This document shows positions 16,392-26,173 of a stretch of 64,000 nucleotides of DNA, piece by piece. Within the stretch, counting starts at the first letter, position 1. Each line of letters opens with the position of its first letter. The stretch is from Longimicrobiales bacterium. GTDB taxonomy: Bacteria; Gemmatimonadota; Gemmatimonadetes; Longimicrobiales; Gaopeijiaceae. The notes beneath the pieces were generated by a model that saw only the letters and a list, made by a program, of their open reading frames with translations, searched no databases and was not told the origin of the DNA. The translations under genes were made by a program, and so were the position numbers. The stretch covers positions 2,609,059 to 2,673,058 of the forward strand of contig OZ244894.1 of the NCBI GenBank assembly GCA_965221535.1, read 5' to 3'.

Positions 16392-18671
16392 TCAGAAGCG
16401 AGAGGTTACGGTGATTCGGAGGCTGCGCGTGGCGCCGGGGTTGCGCTCCTGCACATCCACGTATTCGGCCTGAAGAAGGTTGGCGATCTTGGCCTGGATG
16501 TCCATGCCGCCGACCCGCGCGTTCGTGCGCAGATCGACCACCGTGACGTCGCCCCGGTCGTCGAGCGGAAAGGCCAGCACCTGGTCGGCGCGGCTTCGGT
16601 AGCGCATGTCGAGCGCGACCAGACCGGCCCAGCCCGAGAGCGTGGCGGTGACGTTGTGGGCCGACCTGTAGACCAGGGGCCGCTCGGTGATGTGGTCCCA
16701 TGCATCGAGGTAGAGGTAGGTGGCCTGCAGGTTGAGCTTCTCGGGCACCAGACCGACCCGCGCGCCCAGATCCAGCCCGCGGACCCTTGCCTCGGAGACG
16801 TTGCGGAACTGGAAGGTCACGATCTGGCCCGGCGCGCCGGACACCTCGATCAGCCCCTCGTACTCGCTCCAGAAGAGGCCGGCGTCGAACCACAGCCGGT
16901 TGGCGGGGCTGAACGTCGCGCCCACTTCGCCCGCCCACGCCGACTCGCCGCGAAGCTCGAGGTTGGGGACGACGCGGAAGCCGAACACCGTGGTGGAGCT
17001 GTACTGCTCGGCGACGCTGGGCGCGCGGTATCCCCGGCTGAGCGACGTGCGCAGGCTGAACCGCTCGGACGGCGAGAAGACGACGCCGACCTTGGGGTTG
17101 ACCGAGAGCTCGCGCTCCACCGCCGAGGCGCGGTGGCGGTCGATCCGGATCCCCACGGCGCCCCGCACGCGCTCGGAGAACGCGATCTCGTCCTGGACGT
17201 AGGCGGCCAGATCGGTCACCGTCGGGGTCGGCTCGAGGAAGTTAGACGAAATCGTGGTGTAGGCGGCCTCGGCGCCGGCTGTGAACGAGTGGGGGCCGTC
17301 GGTGAGCCGCGAGATCTGGAGGTCGGTGCCGTAGCGGGTGGAGCGGTGGAAGTCGTCGTTGTCGTGGAAGTGGTTCTGCGAGCGGATGTGGTAGAGCTGG
17401 GGCCGCAGCTGGACCTTCAGCAGCCGGGTCACGACGGGGTTGGCCGTCATGCCGACGACAAGGTCGGTGGAGCGGATCCAGTCGCCCAGCTGCACAGGCT
17501 GCACCTCGAGGCGGCGCTCGGGGGAGCGCCAGGTGAAGAACTCCTCGGCGTCGTCCCGCTTCCAGCTCAGGAAGAGCTCCAGCGGGCCCGGCGAATCCGC
17601 GCCGAAGACCGTCTTGGCCCGCACGCGCCACCGCTGCAGGCTGCCGTTCTGCCGGAAGCCGTCCGATCCCTCGCGCGCGACCATGACCGTCATGTCCGCG
17701 CCGCCCACCCGCCGCGCGTGCTGAATCTGCAGTCCCTGCATGTCGAGGCGCTCGTCGGTGAAGCTCGTCTCGACCGGCGTGTCGTACACGCCCCAGTAGC
17801 CTCGCACCACGGTTCGCGTGCCGTCGACCGGGGGGCGCGTGATCACGTTGACCACGCCGCCCATCGCATTGGTGCCGAACAGCGTCGAGTGCGGCCCCTT
17901 GACGATTTCGATTCGCTCGACATCGAGAACTGGAAGCATGCCGAAGTCGATGCCCGAACCAACCCCACCGAGGACGCGGTGTCCATCGACGAGCATCAGC
18001 ACGCGGCTGCCCACCCCGCGCGCGATTCCGCTCGACCCCCTTATGTCCATCTGGCCTGCGTTGAAGGTCACGCCCTGAGCGAAGGGAAGCGCCTGGTCGA
18101 GGCTGGTGACATCGCGGCGCTGGAGCTCGTCCCCGCTCACGACCGCCACGCTTACGGGCGCCTCGCCCGGCTGCGCATTGCCGCGGTTGGCCGTCACGGT
18201 GAGGCCCGGCACTTCGAGCAGCGCCCTCTCCAGGGCAATGGCGAGCGGGCCGGCCCCCGCCTCGAGCGGATCGACCGCGCGTTCCACCGTCGTGAACCCG
18301 GCCGCCGCCACGACCAGCTGGACCGCATCGCCGACGCTCGGCAGCTCGATCTCGAAGCCACCGTCCTCGCCCGTGTACGTGCGCAGCTGGGTGGAACGGA
18401 CCAGCACCTGCGCCCGAGCAACCGCCTCGCCCGATGCGGCCGCCACCACCCGGCCGCGGATCGTGGCGGTCTCCTGCGCGGGGGCGGGGGCGGCGGCGAG
18501 GGCGGCAGTGCCTGCGGCCGCGGCGGAAGTGGCCGCTGCGGCGGAAGTGGCGGCGGCCGCTGCGACGGGGAGGAACGGCATCGCGACCGCCGCCAGCACG
18601 GGGGCAGCGAGGCGGGCTCCCGGCTGCAACCCGCGTCGGCGCGCGATCGCCCGCAAAGCGCGTCGGCGCAT
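16392..18671 (-). CDS. TonB-dependent outer-membrane receptor (carboxypeptidase-regulatory-like N-domain + plug + barrel)
   Basis: ORF 16392..18689. Signal peptide, IRGRVV…, plug motifs (LDVERIEIVKGPHSTLFGTNAMGGVVNV), C-terminal …RITVTSRF. Confidence 0.85.
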   Translation of the reverse strand: MRRRALRAIARRRGLQPGARLAAPVLAAVAMPFLPVAAAAATSAAAATSAAAAGTAALAAAPAPAQETATIRGRVVAAASGEAVARAQVLVRSTQLRTYTGEDGGFEIELPSVGDAVQLVVAAAGFTTVERAVDPLEAGAGPLAIALERALLEVPGLTVTANRGNAQPGEAPVSVAVVSGDELQRRDVTSLDQALPFAQGVTFNAGQMDIRGSSGIARGVGSRVLMLVDGHRVLGGVGSGIDFGMLPVLDVERIEIVKGPHSTLFGTNAMGGVVNVITRPPVDGTRTVVRGYWGVYDTPVETSFTDERLDMQGLQIQHARRVGGADMTVMVAREGSDGFRQNGSLQRWRVRAKTVFGADSPGPLELFLSWKRDDAEEFFTWRSPERRLEVQPVQLGDWIRSTDLVVGMTANPVVTRLLKVQLRPQLYHIRSQNHFHDNDDFHRSTRYGTDLQISRLTDGPHSFTAGAEAAYTTISSNFLEPTPTVTDLAAYVQDEIAFSERVRGAVGIRIDRHRASAVERELSVNPKVGVVFSPSERFSLRTSLSRGYRAPSVAEQYSSTTVFGFRVVPNLELRGESAWAGEVGATFSPANRLWFDAGLFWSEYEGLIEVSGAPGQIVTFQFRNVSEARVRGLDLGARVGLVPEKLNLQATYLYLDAWDHITERPLVYRSAHNVTATLSGWAGLVALDMRYRSRADQVLAFPLDDRGDVTVVDLRTNARVGGMDIQAKIANLLQAEYVDVQERNPGATRSLRITVTSRF

Positions 18672-18673
18672 CG

Positions 18674-19156
18674 CTACTGCCGCTGCCACACGGTGGTCGA
18701 CGCGTTGAGCGCCGGCTCCGTCACCTCCACGGTCAGCACGTTGTTGACGAACTCGTATGTGCCGAGCGCCTGCACCAGATTCCCCGCCTGCTCCCAGGTC
18801 CCGTCGAAACGGACGGTGTAGGTGCCGGTGTCGACGATGTCCGTGGTTCCCCCAAGGCCGTCCGGGATGGTCAGGTCCATCGTCATCGTGCCCGAAGCCT
18901 CCTGCCCGACGGGCGCCGACTGCTGCAGCGTGAAGGTCCCGGTCGCGTCGGGGGGCGTCATGACCGCGCCGCCGGTCACCAGGGCCACGATCGAGACCAG
19001 CGTGTACGTCCCGGACAGGTCGGGCGGCGCTTCATCCGGCTCGACCGGGTCCTCGCCGCCCCCGCAGCCCATGGTCGGCGCCACCGCCGCCAGCGCCCAC
19101 ACGAGCCGCCGCACGCCTCGCCCAGACCTCAGAAAAGTCACGGTTCTGCCTCCCAT
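18674..19156 (-). CDS. Hypothetical lipoprotein (lipocalin-like size), immediately upstream of the TonB-dependent receptor
   Basis: ORF 18674..19156 with lipobox …APTMGCGGG. Only a 2-bp gap to the receptor start, so it is operonic. Confidence 0.6.
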   Translation of the reverse strand: MGGRTVTFLRSGRGVRRLVWALAAVAPTMGCGGGEDPVEPDEAPPDLSGTYTLVSIVALVTGGAVMTPPDATGTFTLQQSAPVGQEASGTMTMDLTIPDGLGGTTDIVDTGTYTVRFDGTWEQAGNLVQALGTYEFVNNVLTVEVTEPALNASTTVWQRQ

Positions 19157-19261
19157 GCTTGAGCTTTCGCCTGCCTAGGCGACAACGTAAGGGGCTGTCC
19201 GGCGTTCCACCAGACGGGGCGCCTTCTCGGAATCCACCCCAAGAACAGGACGCGCCAGCGC

Positions 19262-19798
19262 ATGGCCGACAATCCGCCACCACTCGTCGACGGCACGCCG
19301 CCCCGAGGCGCCGCCGACCTCTTCGCGCGGCTGGACGAGCTGGGAATCGAGCACGCGACGATCGATCACGCGCCGGTCTTCACGGTGGACGAGGCGCGCC
19401 GCCTGAGGGGGCGGGTCGAGGGGGCGCACTCCAAGAATCTCTTCGTGCGCGACAAGAAGGAGAACCACTGGCTGGTGTCGTGCCTGAGCGAACGCACGAT
19501 CGACCTGAAGTGGCTGGCGAACGAGCTCGGCACCAAGCGGCTCACCTTCTGCAGCGCGCGGCGGCTTGCGGGCTACCTGGGGATTCGGCGCGGGGCCGTG
19601 TCGCCCTTCGCGGTGCTGAACGACGTGGGTCGCGTGGTGAGTGTGGCGCTCGACGCCGATCTGGCGGATGCCGAACCGCTCAACTTCCACCCGCTCGACA
19701 ACAGCAAGACGACGACGATATCGAGGTCCGGGCTGATGCGCTTTCTCGAAGCCGAGGGGCAGCCGGCACGGATCATCCGGTTTCCGCAGGACGGATAG
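19262..19798 (+). CDS. ybaK: YbaK/ProX-family aminoacyl-tRNA deacylase (Cys/Ala-tRNA(Pro) editing domain protein)
   Basis: ORF 19262..19798. Motifs HSKNLFVRDKK, WLVSCL and GAVSPFAV are typical of YbaK/ProX. Confidence 0.8.
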   Translation: MADNPPPLVDGTPPRGAADLFARLDELGIEHATIDHAPVFTVDEARRLRGRVEGAHSKNLFVRDKKENHWLVSCLSERTIDLKWLANELGTKRLTFCSARRLAGYLGIRRGAVSPFAVLNDVGRVVSVALDADLADAEPLNFHPLDNSKTTTISRSGLMRFLEAEGQPARIIRFPQDG

Positions 19799-19847
19799 CC
19801 GCCTCGGGGAAACGCGGCCTTGGGGGGCGTTCTGCGGGCCGCGCGGG

Positions 19848-21026
19848 TCAGCGAAACGCTGGGATGATGTCCTCGACCAGGACATCCATGGCGAGGCGCT
19901 CGTACAGGCCCGGGCCACCGTCGTCGCGCACCCGGTGCCAGTCGTTGGTGGCCACCGCGACCAGCCGCAGCTCCGGCACCACCACCACGAACTGGCCGCC
20001 GTATCCCCAGGCGAAGTACAGGGACTCGGGCGCTCCCGGGGCAACCCACCAGAGATAGCCGTACGACGCTGCGCCCAGCGAGGGAATCCCGGCGAGCGAC
20101 CCGGCGCCCACGGGGCTGCCCGCCCCGTCGTCCGAGGAAAGGTCGACCCAGTCCGCCGGAATCACGCGGCGCCTGCCGCTGGAGCCGCGCTGGAGGAAGA
20201 GCTGCCCGAACCGAGCGAGGTCGCGGGGGCGCAGGTCGAGCCCGGCGCCACCGTTGTGGAACCCTCCGCCGAGCGACTCCCAGCGGCTGCGGGAAATCCC
20301 GATTGGGTCGAAGAGGGCGTACTGGGCAAGCGTCGGCAGCTGCATGGTCGTGGCCTGCTCCAGCACCACGCCCAGAAGGTGGACCGCCGCCGAGTTGTAG
20401 TTGAACCGGCTGCCGGGCTCCGCGACGAAGGGCCTGTCGAGGAGGAAGCCCAAATGGTCGCGCGAGCGGATCCAGTCGCTGTACGATCCGAACCCTCCCG
20501 ACTCGTCCCACTCCAGGCCGCTGGTCATGGTCAGCAGGTGGCGAATGGTGATCGCCCGCTTCCCGGGGTCGATGTCGGGCGCCAGCGGACCCAGGTAGTC
20601 GGCTGCACGGTCGTCGAGACTGCCGATGTCGCCCCGCGCGAGGGCCACGCCGGTCAGCGCGGACACTACGCTCTTGGTGACCGACCTCACGTCGTGGAGG
20701 TCGTCGGGACCGGCGCCGCCGAAGTACTCCTCGACCACGAGGCGCCCGTCCTTGACGACCAGCAGGCTGCGCATGCGGTGACTCTTGCGGGCGCGGTCGA
20801 CGCCGCGGTTCACCAGGGTGGCCGAGCCGCCCGCCTCCGCGACGGTGGCGGTGCTCCAAGGCAGCGCCAGATCGACGTCGAGGGGCTGTCCGGCTTCGGG
20901 CCCCGACGGGATGTCCGCGCATGCCGCCATGACCAGGGCGGCGGCCGCCAGCAGCGGGGCGGAAAGGTCCGCGCCGCGGCGAGGACGACGAGGCGCCGGA
21001 CCGGCAGGGCGCGACGAAGGCTGCAT
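19848..21026 (-). CDS. Beta-lactamase-fold serine hydrolase (class C/PBP4-like), lipoprotein
   Basis: Sub-range of ORF 19848..21164. ATG at 21026 gives MQPSS…LLAAAALVMAAC. SVTKS (SxxK) and YxN-like motifs. Confidence 0.75.
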   Translation of the reverse strand: MQPSSRPAGPAPRRPRRGADLSAPLLAAAALVMAACADIPSGPEAGQPLDVDLALPWSTATVAEAGGSATLVNRGVDRARKSHRMRSLLVVKDGRLVVEEYFGGAGPDDLHDVRSVTKSVVSALTGVALARGDIGSLDDRAADYLGPLAPDIDPGKRAITIRHLLTMTSGLEWDESGGFGSYSDWIRSRDHLGFLLDRPFVAEPGSRFNYNSAAVHLLGVVLEQATTMQLPTLAQYALFDPIGISRSRWESLGGGFHNGGAGLDLRPRDLARFGQLFLQRGSSGRRRVIPADWVDLSSDDGAGSPVGAGSLAGIPSLGAASYGYLWWVAPGAPESLYFAWGYGGQFVVVVPELRLVAVATNDWHRVRDDGGPGLYERLAMDVLVEDIIPAFR

Positions 21027-21343
21027 GTCAGCGCCTGCGCGGCGGGTCTTCTGTGGTTTGGACAGCACCAGGTTGAGAGCTCCGTTGCCTTTCCGTGTTC
21101 CATCTCCAGAGGGGGCAATCTGCGACCTTCGCCCGACCCCGCGCCAGTGGCCGCGGGCCCGCAACTGCGGCGCGCGACCCGCAACTTCCGCGCGCGATCG
21201 GCGTACGGGTCCTATCTTTGGACCTTCGCGAAACGCCGGACGGTTGCCCGGAGCGTCGGACCGTCGCCCCGGAACGCCGATCCGGCGCCCGAAAGAACGA
21301 GCCCGGCGCTCGTCCCATCCCCTTCAGCCTCCGAGGTGTTGAA

Positions 21344-21931
21344 ATGCTCACCCGACGCGCTTCCCTTGCCCTGGGGCTCCTGGCGATCTCGGCCAGCTGC
21401 AGCCCCGCGGCGCCCCAAGTGGCCAACCCCGAGGAGCAGATCGCCCAGGCGCTGGTCGCCGCTCCCGAAGACAGGGCCGACGGCGCCCGCATCCTCGGCT
21501 ACGCGACCGACGGGAGCGTGGTCGAGCTCCGCGCTGGATCGAACGACTTCATCTGCCTGGCGTCCAACCCGGCGAACGAGCGCTTCTCCAGTTCGTGCTA
21601 CCACGCGTCGCTCGAGCCCTACTTCGCGCGCGGTCGCGAGCTGACCGCCGAAGGCGTCTCGACCGAGGAACGCTACCGCATCCGGTTCGACGAGATGGAG
21701 GCCGGCACCCTCGCCATGCCGGTCATGTCGGCCACGCAGTACGTCTTCGACGGCGTGTGGAACTCGGAGATGGAGACCGCCGAGGGGGTGGTGCGCTGGG
21801 TGATCTACGTGCCCGGCGGAACTCCCGAATCGACCGGACTGTCGGCGATGCCGCAGGAGGGCGGTCCGTGGATCATGGACCCGGGCACGCCCGGCGCCCA
21901 CATCATGATCGTGCCGCCCCGCGGCGAATAG
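21344..21931 (+). CDS. Hypothetical lipoprotein
   Basis: Sub-range of ORF 21095..21931. ATG at 21344 gives MLTRRASLALGLLAISASCS. No family recognised. Confidence 0.55.
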   Translation: MLTRRASLALGLLAISASCSPAAPQVANPEEQIAQALVAAPEDRADGARILGYATDGSVVELRAGSNDFICLASNPANERFSSSCYHASLEPYFARGRELTAEGVSTEERYRIRFDEMEAGTLAMPVMSATQYVFDGVWNSEMETAEGVVRWVIYVPGGTPESTGLSAMPQEGGPWIMDPGTPGAHIMIVPPRGE

Positions 21932-22058
21932 TCCGCCGCCAGCCCGTGGAAGGTCCCGGCGTCGCCCCAGGGGCGGCGGGGCGGCGCGCGGCGTTCGCGG
22001 CGGAGCGGCGCGCGGCGTTCGCGGCGGGGCGGCGCGCGACCTTGGCGGCGGGAACTGC

Positions 22059-23501
22059 ATGCTAGCGAACATCTCGACGTTCGCCTTCACGGTGGCGGCG
22101 TACGCGCTTCACGTCGTCTTCGTGATCTACGTGCTGCTGCGCCCGCGATCCAGGCAGCAGTCGTCGATGGCGTGGATCCTGTTCATCGTCGCGGTGCCGT
22201 TCGTAGGGGTCGTGCTCTACCTGGTGGTGGGCGACGTCCGGGCCGGCAGCCGGCGCAAGCGGCGCCACCGGAGGATCCGGGCCAACATTCGCGCCGCGCT
22301 CAGGCGCGTGTGGAGCGACGCCAGCTCGACCGCGATCGTGCCCTGGGGCACGGAGGCCATCGCCCGCCTGGCGCGCCTGGGCAGCGACACCCTGCCCCGC
22401 GACGGCAATCGGCTGCAGCTGCTGACGGGCGCACAGGACTTCGCCGGCGCGCTGGTCCGCGACATCGACGGTGCGCGCGATCATGTCCACCTGCTGTTCT
22501 ACATATACCTGGACGACCGGGTGGGCCGCGCAGTGGGCGACGCGCTGGTCCGCGCCGAGGCCAGAGGGGTCGAATGCCGGCTCCTGGTCGACCACGTGGG
22601 ATCGAGCGAGTTCCTGAAGTCGGAGCTGTGCCGCGAGCTGCGGCGCGCAGGCGTGCAGGTGGTGCGGGCGCTGCGGACCCATATCACCCAGATCGCCTCG
22701 ATCCGCTTCGACATGCGCAACCACCGCAAGATCGCGGTGCTCGACGGCAGGGTGGGATACACCGGAAGCCACAACGTCGCCGAAGAGGCGTTCCACCCCA
22801 AGCCCCGATTCGCGCCCTGGGTCGACGCCACGCTGCGGATCGAGGGGCCAACGGTGCGCGACCTGCAGGCCCTCTTCATCGAAGACTGGTACATGGACAG
22901 CGCCGAGAACCTCGACCACCTGATCTCGGTGGAACCGGAGAAGCACGAGGACGGGCGGATCGTGCAGGTGGTCGGCACCGGCGTGAACTCGCAGAACGAG
23001 GCCCTGGTGCGCGTGATCCAGTCGGCGGTGCACATGGCCCGCGAGGAGCTGATCCTAACCACTCCCTACTTCGTCCCCGACGAAGGCACCCTGGCCGCAA
23101 TCACGACCGCCGCCGTCCGGGGCGTCCACACGATCATCGTGGTTCCAGCGCGAAACGACTCGCCGATCGTGGCCCTGGCGAGCCGCAGCTTCTATCAGCC
23201 GCTGCTCGAGGCGGGGGCCGAAATCCACGAGTACACCCGCGGGCTCCTGCACGCCAAGACGATCACGGTGGACCGCGACTTCGCCATGGTGAGCACGGCC
23301 AACCTCGACCGCCGCAGCTTCGAGATCAACTTCGAGATCAGCACGCTGGTGTACGACAGCGACTTCGCCTCGGAGCTCCGGCTTCTGCAGAAGCGCTACC
23401 TGGAGGACTGCCGCCGGGTGGACTTGCGCAGGTGGGCGGCGCGCAGGTGGCCGCGGCGGCTGGTCGAGAACGTGGCCGGCCTGTTCAGCCCGCTGCTGTG
23501 A
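22059..23501 (+). CDS. cls: Cardiolipin synthase (PLD superfamily, two HKD motifs)
   Basis: ORF 22059..23501. N-terminal TMs, HRKIAVLDG…GSHN and HAKTITVD…STANLD. Confidence 0.9.
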   Translation: MLANISTFAFTVAAYALHVVFVIYVLLRPRSRQQSSMAWILFIVAVPFVGVVLYLVVGDVRAGSRRKRRHRRIRANIRAALRRVWSDASSTAIVPWGTEAIARLARLGSDTLPRDGNRLQLLTGAQDFAGALVRDIDGARDHVHLLFYIYLDDRVGRAVGDALVRAEARGVECRLLVDHVGSSEFLKSELCRELRRAGVQVVRALRTHITQIASIRFDMRNHRKIAVLDGRVGYTGSHNVAEEAFHPKPRFAPWVDATLRIEGPTVRDLQALFIEDWYMDSAENLDHLISVEPEKHEDGRIVQVVGTGVNSQNEALVRVIQSAVHMAREELILTTPYFVPDEGTLAAITTAAVRGVHTIIVVPARNDSPIVALASRSFYQPLLEAGAEIHEYTRGLLHAKTITVDRDFAMVSTANLDRRSFEINFEISTLVYDSDFASELRLLQKRYLEDCRRVDLRRWAARRWPRRLVENVAGLFSPLL

Positions 23502-24553
23502 CGCGCCCCGGCGGCGACGACCCCGCCCCGCTGGTCGCGGCCGAATGGGCGCGGGTCCGCCCCCCCGCCCCGCCACCCCGGCCCGGCGACCCCCCCGACC
23601 CCCCCGCCCACCCCCCCACCGCCCTGATCCTGGGCGACCCCACCCCCCACCTCGCCCGCGCCCTGCGGGACGCCGGCCACTCGCCCACCGCCTGGAGCCG
23701 CCACCTCGCCCGGGGCCGGCGCTGCGCCCCGTGGCCGCCGCCCGGCCCCTTCGGCGAGGCGTGGGTGCGCATGCCGCGATCCTCGCGCGAGGCGGCCATG
23801 CTCCTCCATGCGGGCGCGGCTCGCATTCCCGACGGCGGCAGCCTCTTCCTCTACGGCGCCCGCGACGAGGGCATCCGCTCGGCTGCGCGCCACTTCCCCG
23901 CGGGCGCCGACGGCCCCCGCCCCACCCTGGTCAAGCGCCGCTGCCGCGTTCTCGCCTCCACGCGCACCCACGCCCCGCCCCGCCCCGACGGCCTCGAAGC
24001 CTGGGAGATCCGCGCGCCCATCGACTGGGGCGGGGGCCGGCGCGACTGGACGCACTACCCCGGCGTCTTCGCGTGCGGGCGCCTGGACGACGCCACGGCG
24101 CTCCTCATCGACCACCTGCCGCACATCCCCCCACGGGCGCGCGTCCTGGACTTCGGCGCGGGCACCGGGCCCATCGGCGCCGCGATCCTGGAGCGCCACC
24201 CCGCCGCCGCCGTGACGCTCCTCGAACGGGACGCGATCGCGCTGACGGCGGCGGCGCGCAACGTCGACGGCGCAACGCGCGTTCTGGGCAGCAGCCTGGA
24301 GCACGCGCCGGGCCCCTTCGACCTGATCGTCTCCAATCCGCCGATCCACATCGGCAGGTCGCAGAGCCTGGAGACGGTGGCGGCGCTGATCCGCGACGCG
24401 CCCGGAGCGCTGCCCGCCGGGGGAGCGGTCATGCTGGTGGCCCAGCGGCGGCTTCCCATCCCCGCGCTGCTGGGACGATCGTTCCGGCAGGTGCGCCCGG
24501 TCGCCGACCGGGGGCCGTTCAGGGTTTGGCGGGCCACGCGCCCGCAGCGCTGA
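23498..24553 (+). CDS. Class I SAM-dependent rRNA methyltransferase (RsmC/RlmG-like, N6-adenine/N2-guanine MTase NPPxH motif)
   Basis: Tail of ORF 22172..24553. GTG at 23498 overlaps the cls stop. Motifs VLDFGAGTGPIG and IVSNPPIH. Confidence 0.7.
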   Translation: MTRPGGDDPAPLVAAEWARVRPPAPPPRPGDPPDPPAHPPTALILGDPTPHLARALRDAGHSPTAWSRHLARGRRCAPWPPPGPFGEAWVRMPRSSREAAMLLHAGAARIPDGGSLFLYGARDEGIRSAARHFPAGADGPRPTLVKRRCRVLASTRTHAPPRPDGLEAWEIRAPIDWGGGRRDWTHYPGVFACGRLDDATALLIDHLPHIPPRARVLDFGAGTGPIGAAILERHPAAAVTLLERDAIALTAAARNVDGATRVLGSSLEHAPGPFDLIVSNPPIHIGRSQSLETVAALIRDAPGALPAGGAVMLVAQRRLPIPALLGRSFRQVRPVADRGPFRVWRATRPQR

Positions 24554-24560
24554 AGCCTGG

Positions 24561-24578
24561 CGGCGCGCGGTTGCGCCG
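24561..24578. terminator. Short GC hairpin between the convergent RsmC-like gene and pstB
   Basis: CGGCGC-gcggtt-GCGCCG. Short stem; weak. Confidence 0.2.
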
Positions 24579-24579
24579 G

Positions 24580-25365
24580 CTACCCGTACCGCCCCTCGAT
24601 GTAGTCGGCGGTCTTGGAGTGTTCCGGCGCCAGGAAGAGCTCTTCGGTGCGGCCGTGCTCGATGATCCGTCCCAACAGCATGAAGACGCACTCGTCGGAA
24701 GCTCTGCGCGCCTGGGCCATGTTGTGCGTGACCATCAGGATGGTGTAGTCGCCGCGCAGCTGCCAGATCATCTCCTCGACGGCTTCGGTCCCGGCGGGGT
24801 CGAGCGCCGAGCAGGGCTCGTCCATGAGCAGCACCTTGGGCTTCACGGGAAGCAGCCGCGCAATGCACAGCTTCTGCTGCTCCTCGAGCGAAAGTCCCGT
24901 CGCAGGCTTGTTCAGGCGATCCTTCACCGTGTCCCACAGGAGCACCTGGCGCAGCGACGACTCCAGGACCTCGTCTTCTTCGGCGGCCGACACCTTGCGT
25001 ATTCTGGCCTCGTGCAGCCGGAAGCCGAACAGAACGTTGTCGCGGATCGAGATAGGAAGCGGATTGGGGCGCTGGAACACCATCCCGACCTGCTTGCGCA
25101 CCTGCACCAGCTCGACATCGTCGCCGAAGATGTCGTGGCCAAGCACGTACACGCTCCCGGTCGTGCGCACGTAGCCGAGCCGCTCGATGATCCGATTGCA
25201 CGTTCTGAGCAGGGTGGTCTTGCCGCATCCCGAAGGCCCGATCATCGACGTGATGATCCCCCGCTTCACCTCGAGATCGACGTCAACGAGCGCCTGAAAG
25301 TCGCCGTACCAGAGGTTGAGGCCCCGGGTCTCGATGGCGCAGTCCGCGCGGTGGCCGCTATCCAA
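24580..25365 (-). CDS. pstB: Phosphate ABC transporter ATP-binding protein PstB (paralogue 1)
   Basis: Within ORF 24580..25503. A TTG at 25365 gives 13 aa before IETRGLNLWYG, matching the E. coli PstB N-terminal length. Walker A GPSGCGKTT, signature LSLEEQQ, Walker B LLMDEP. Confidence 0.8.
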   Translation of the reverse strand: MDSGHRADCAIETRGLNLWYGDFQALVDVDLEVKRGIITSMIGPSGCGKTTLLRTCNRIIERLGYVRTTGSVYVLGHDIFGDDVELVQVRKQVGMVFQRPNPLPISIRDNVLFGFRLHEARIRKVSAAEEDEVLESSLRQVLLWDTVKDRLNKPATGLSLEEQQKLCIARLLPVKPKVLLMDEPCSALDPAGTEAVEEMIWQLRGDYTILMVTHNMAQARRASDECVFMLLGRIIEHGRTEELFLAPEHSKTADYIEGRYG

Positions 25366-26173
25366 AGCGCCCCTCGATGTATCCGGTGGTCCGCTGGTCG
25401 GCCACCTTGCCCTCGAACAGGTCTTCGGTGTCCCCGATCTCGACGAGTTCGCCCATGAGGAAGAACGCGGTCCGGTCGGCGAGCCGGCGCGCCTGCTGCA
25501 CAAGGTTGGTGACCAGAACGATCGTCATTTCGGAGCGCAGTTCCTTCAATACATCCTCGATGCGCATGGTCGTGACCGGGTCGACGGCGATCGAGAACTC
25601 GTCCAGCAACAGCAGCTCCGGCTCCTGCGACAGCGCGCGCGCAATGGTCAGACGCTGCTGCTGCCCTCCGGACAGCAGGCTGCCCAGCGAGTCCAGCCGA
25701 TCCTTGACCTCGTCCCACAGCGCGGCCCGCACCAGGCAGCGCTCCACCACCTCGTCGAGCTCGGCCTTCCTGCGAATCCCGCGCAGACGCGGCGAAAAGG
25801 CGACGTTTTCGTACACGGTAAGCGGCAGCCCGACCGGCAGCGGAAACACCACGCCGATCCGGCTCCGGAGCGCGTACACGTTGCGCCAGTCGTTGATGTT
25901 CTTGCCGTTCAGCCGGATGCTTCCTCCGACCTTCATGGCGGCGTCGAAGGCGTCCATCCGGTTGAGCGCGCGCAGGAACGACGTCTTGCCGCTGTTGGCC
26001 GGGCCGATGATCCCGAAGATCTCGCGCCGGTGAATGTCCAGGTCCACGCCCTGCAGCGCGGCCTTGCCGCCGTACGCGATGTTCAGATCCCGCACCTCGA
26101 TGATCGGCGGCTCGTCGTACGCGGGACCGGGAACGCCGTGCGCGGCGGCCGTCTTCGGCGCGACGTCTACCAC
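25358..26173 (-). CDS. pstB: Phosphate ABC transporter ATP-binding protein PstB (paralogue 2)
   Basis: C-terminal part of ORF 25358..26890. GTG at 26173 overlaps the pstA stop. IIEVRDLNIAYGG, GPANSGKTSFLRALNRM, LSGGQQQRLTIARAL, LLLDEF. Confidence 0.8.
   Translation of the reverse strand: MVDVAPKTAAAHGVPGPAYDEPPIIEVRDLNIAYGGKAALQGVDLDIHRREIFGIIGPANSGKTSFLRALNRMDAFDAAMKVGGSIRLNGKNINDWRNVYALRSRIGVVFPLPVGLPLTVYENVAFSPRLRGIRRKAELDEVVERCLVRAALWDEVKDRLDSLGSLLSGGQQQRLTIARALSQEPELLLLDEFSIAVDPVTTMRIEDVLKELRSEMTIVLVTNLVQQARRLADRTAFFLMGELVEIGDTEDLFEGKVADQRTTGYIEGRFG

Noticed and set aside
22172-24553. 793-aa ORF upstream of the methyltransferase
   Set aside because: The first approx. 440 aa are off-frame overlap with cardiolipin synthase (Arg/Pro-rich). 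Only the last approx. 351 aa (from GTG 23498) form the RsmC-like methyltransferase.
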